Part shown: positions 62,440-64,000 of the stretch, in pieces
Layout of the letters: each line of letters opens with the position of its first letter
Position numbering within the stretch: position 1 is the stretch's first letter
NCBI RefSeq assembly: GCF_009914755.1
Contig: NC_060933.1
Origin: the human T2T-CHM13v2.0 reference genome, Homo sapiens
Direction: 5' to 3' (one strand)
DNA length: 64,000 nt
Notes under the pieces: model-generated
What the model saw: the letters and a program-made list of their open reading frames with translations, nothing else
Told to the model about the DNA's origin: nothing
The model's database searches: none
Program-made: the position numbers and the translations under genes

Positions 62440-64000
62440 ACTCTGGTATCAAAGTTTGTGTTTCCCTAAAATTCCTATGTTGAAATCTAGTCACTAATGC
62501 CATGCTGTTAGGAGCTGGGGCCTTTGGAAGGTAAGGACAAAGCAACAAGGCTCCATCTATGAACCAGGAAATGAGTCCCACCAGACATCAAATCTGCCAG
62601 CACCTTAATTTCAGACTTTCCAGTCTCCAGAACTGTGAGAAATAAATTTCTGTTGCTTGTTAGCTACCTAGTATACAGTAATTTTTATAGTAGCCTGAAT
62701 GGACTACAACAAAATTGGTACCAAGAAGTGGGGTGCTTTTATAACAAATACCTAAAAATGTTGAAGTAGCTCTTGGACCTGGCTGATAGAGGCTGGAAGT
62801 GAGATTCACGGTAGAAAAAGCCTATGTTGGCATGAATGGACCATAAAGGGTAATTCTGGTGAGGGCTCAGAAGAGCTGTAGAGAAAGGCTGAATCTTCTT
62901 AGAGAATACCTACATGATCATGAACAGAATGGTAAAGGCTATTCTGATAAGGTCTCAGATGGAGATGAGGAATACACTATTGGAAACTGGAAGAAAGGTG
63001 ATCCTTGTCATAAAGTGGCAAATAACTTGTCTGAATTATATTATTGGCCTAGTGTTTTTGTGGAAGGTAGAACTTATGAGTAATGAAATGGCATATTTGG
63101 CTGAATAAACTTCTAAACAAAGTGTTGAAGGTCTGGCTTAGATTCTCTTGAATGTTTATAGTAAAACGTGAGAAAGGGGAAATGAATAAAAGATGGATTT
63201 TTAATCAATAAGGAAGCAGAACTTAAAGATTTGGAAAATTCTCAGCCTGTGTATACTGTAAAAAGTGAGAAATGTGTTGGGAGCTAACACCAAGGGTGTG
63301 GCCAAATGACCCTTTGATAAGGAAATTAGTATGGATTGGCCAGGTGTTACTCATCAAGACAATAGAAGAATGACCCTGAAGGCATTTCAGATTGGGGCTG
63401 CCACTCACAGGCCCAAGTGCAAGGACCTGGGGGAGAGAATGATTTCAAAGGAGGGGTGATTGGCACCCCTGGGACCTTGGCACCCTCTGCCCAGCCCTGC
63501 CTCAAGGTTCTGCTTCCTGCACTTTGTCACCATGCTCCTCCACTGCCCCAGGTGTGGCTCTCGTGGCCCTGATTCAATATGCACTACACCCAGCAGAGCT
63601 ATAAGGGTCTGGCTCCCTCTACCTAAATTTCAAAGGATGACCTGGAGAGCCTGGAGCCCAGGCAGAAAGCAGCCATGAGGTGGGGCCACTGCAGGGAACC
63701 CACACTAGGGCAATTCCCAGTGGAGCCATGGGGGGCATGGCCACATTGAGACCAACAGTTAGAGCCACTGGCATATGATTATATCTGGGGAGAGCTGCAG
63801 GTTCAAGACCCAGGCAAGGAGCCACCATGGAGATGGGGCCTGCTCAAAGCCCCATTAAGAGAACTGCCATGGGAATGGGGCTCCTCAAAGCCATGAGGGC
63901 AAGGCCATGCCCCAGTGGGTTCAGAAAGGGGAACTTCAACCCCACTAGGACTGGCAGGAAGAGCCTCGAGTCAAAGAAGATTATTTTCAAGCTTTAAGGT
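62440..64000 (+). mobile_element. MLT1A0-like LTR (62440-62711) followed by MaLR internal sequence running off the window
   Basis: LTR end cctgaatggactacaaca, PBS-like aaattggtaccaagaagtgggg, and MaLR-int motifs (SDKVSDGDEEYTIGNWKKGDPCHKVA). Confidence 0.88.

Overview
Repeat-dense primate genomic DNA, probably human or another catarrhine since AluY-type elements are present. It looks intergenic or deep-intronic. I found no credible protein-coding exon, structural RNA gene, CpG island or CRISPR array. The ORF track is almost entirely Alu-, L1-, LTR- or microsatellite-derived, or chance ORFs. Main content: about 30 Alu/FLAM elements, several old L1 and L2/MIR fragments, MaLR LTRs (MLT1, MST, THE1), an MLT2 LTR, MER4 LTRs, hAT/Tigger MITEs, and a decayed but apparently two-LTR ERVL provirus (~3.6-14.5 kb) carrying many nested insertions. 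The most unusual signal is not a standard repeat. Three times, a short local segment has been copied in inverted orientation and pasted a few hundred bp upstream inside an older repeat: 9318-9404 from 10231-10317; 22490-23108 from 23607-23906; and 24141-24497 from 24649-24718 plus inverted 24863-25121. The last pair has a perfect 68-bp core and substitutions skewed toward G-U-compatible pairs on the + strand. Other non-standard L1-mediated products are a 3'UTR-only retrocopy, a polyadenylated MER4 LTR retrocopy and a poly(A)-only insertion. Subfamily names come from my recall of consensus sequences. Boundaries of old repeats are approximate.
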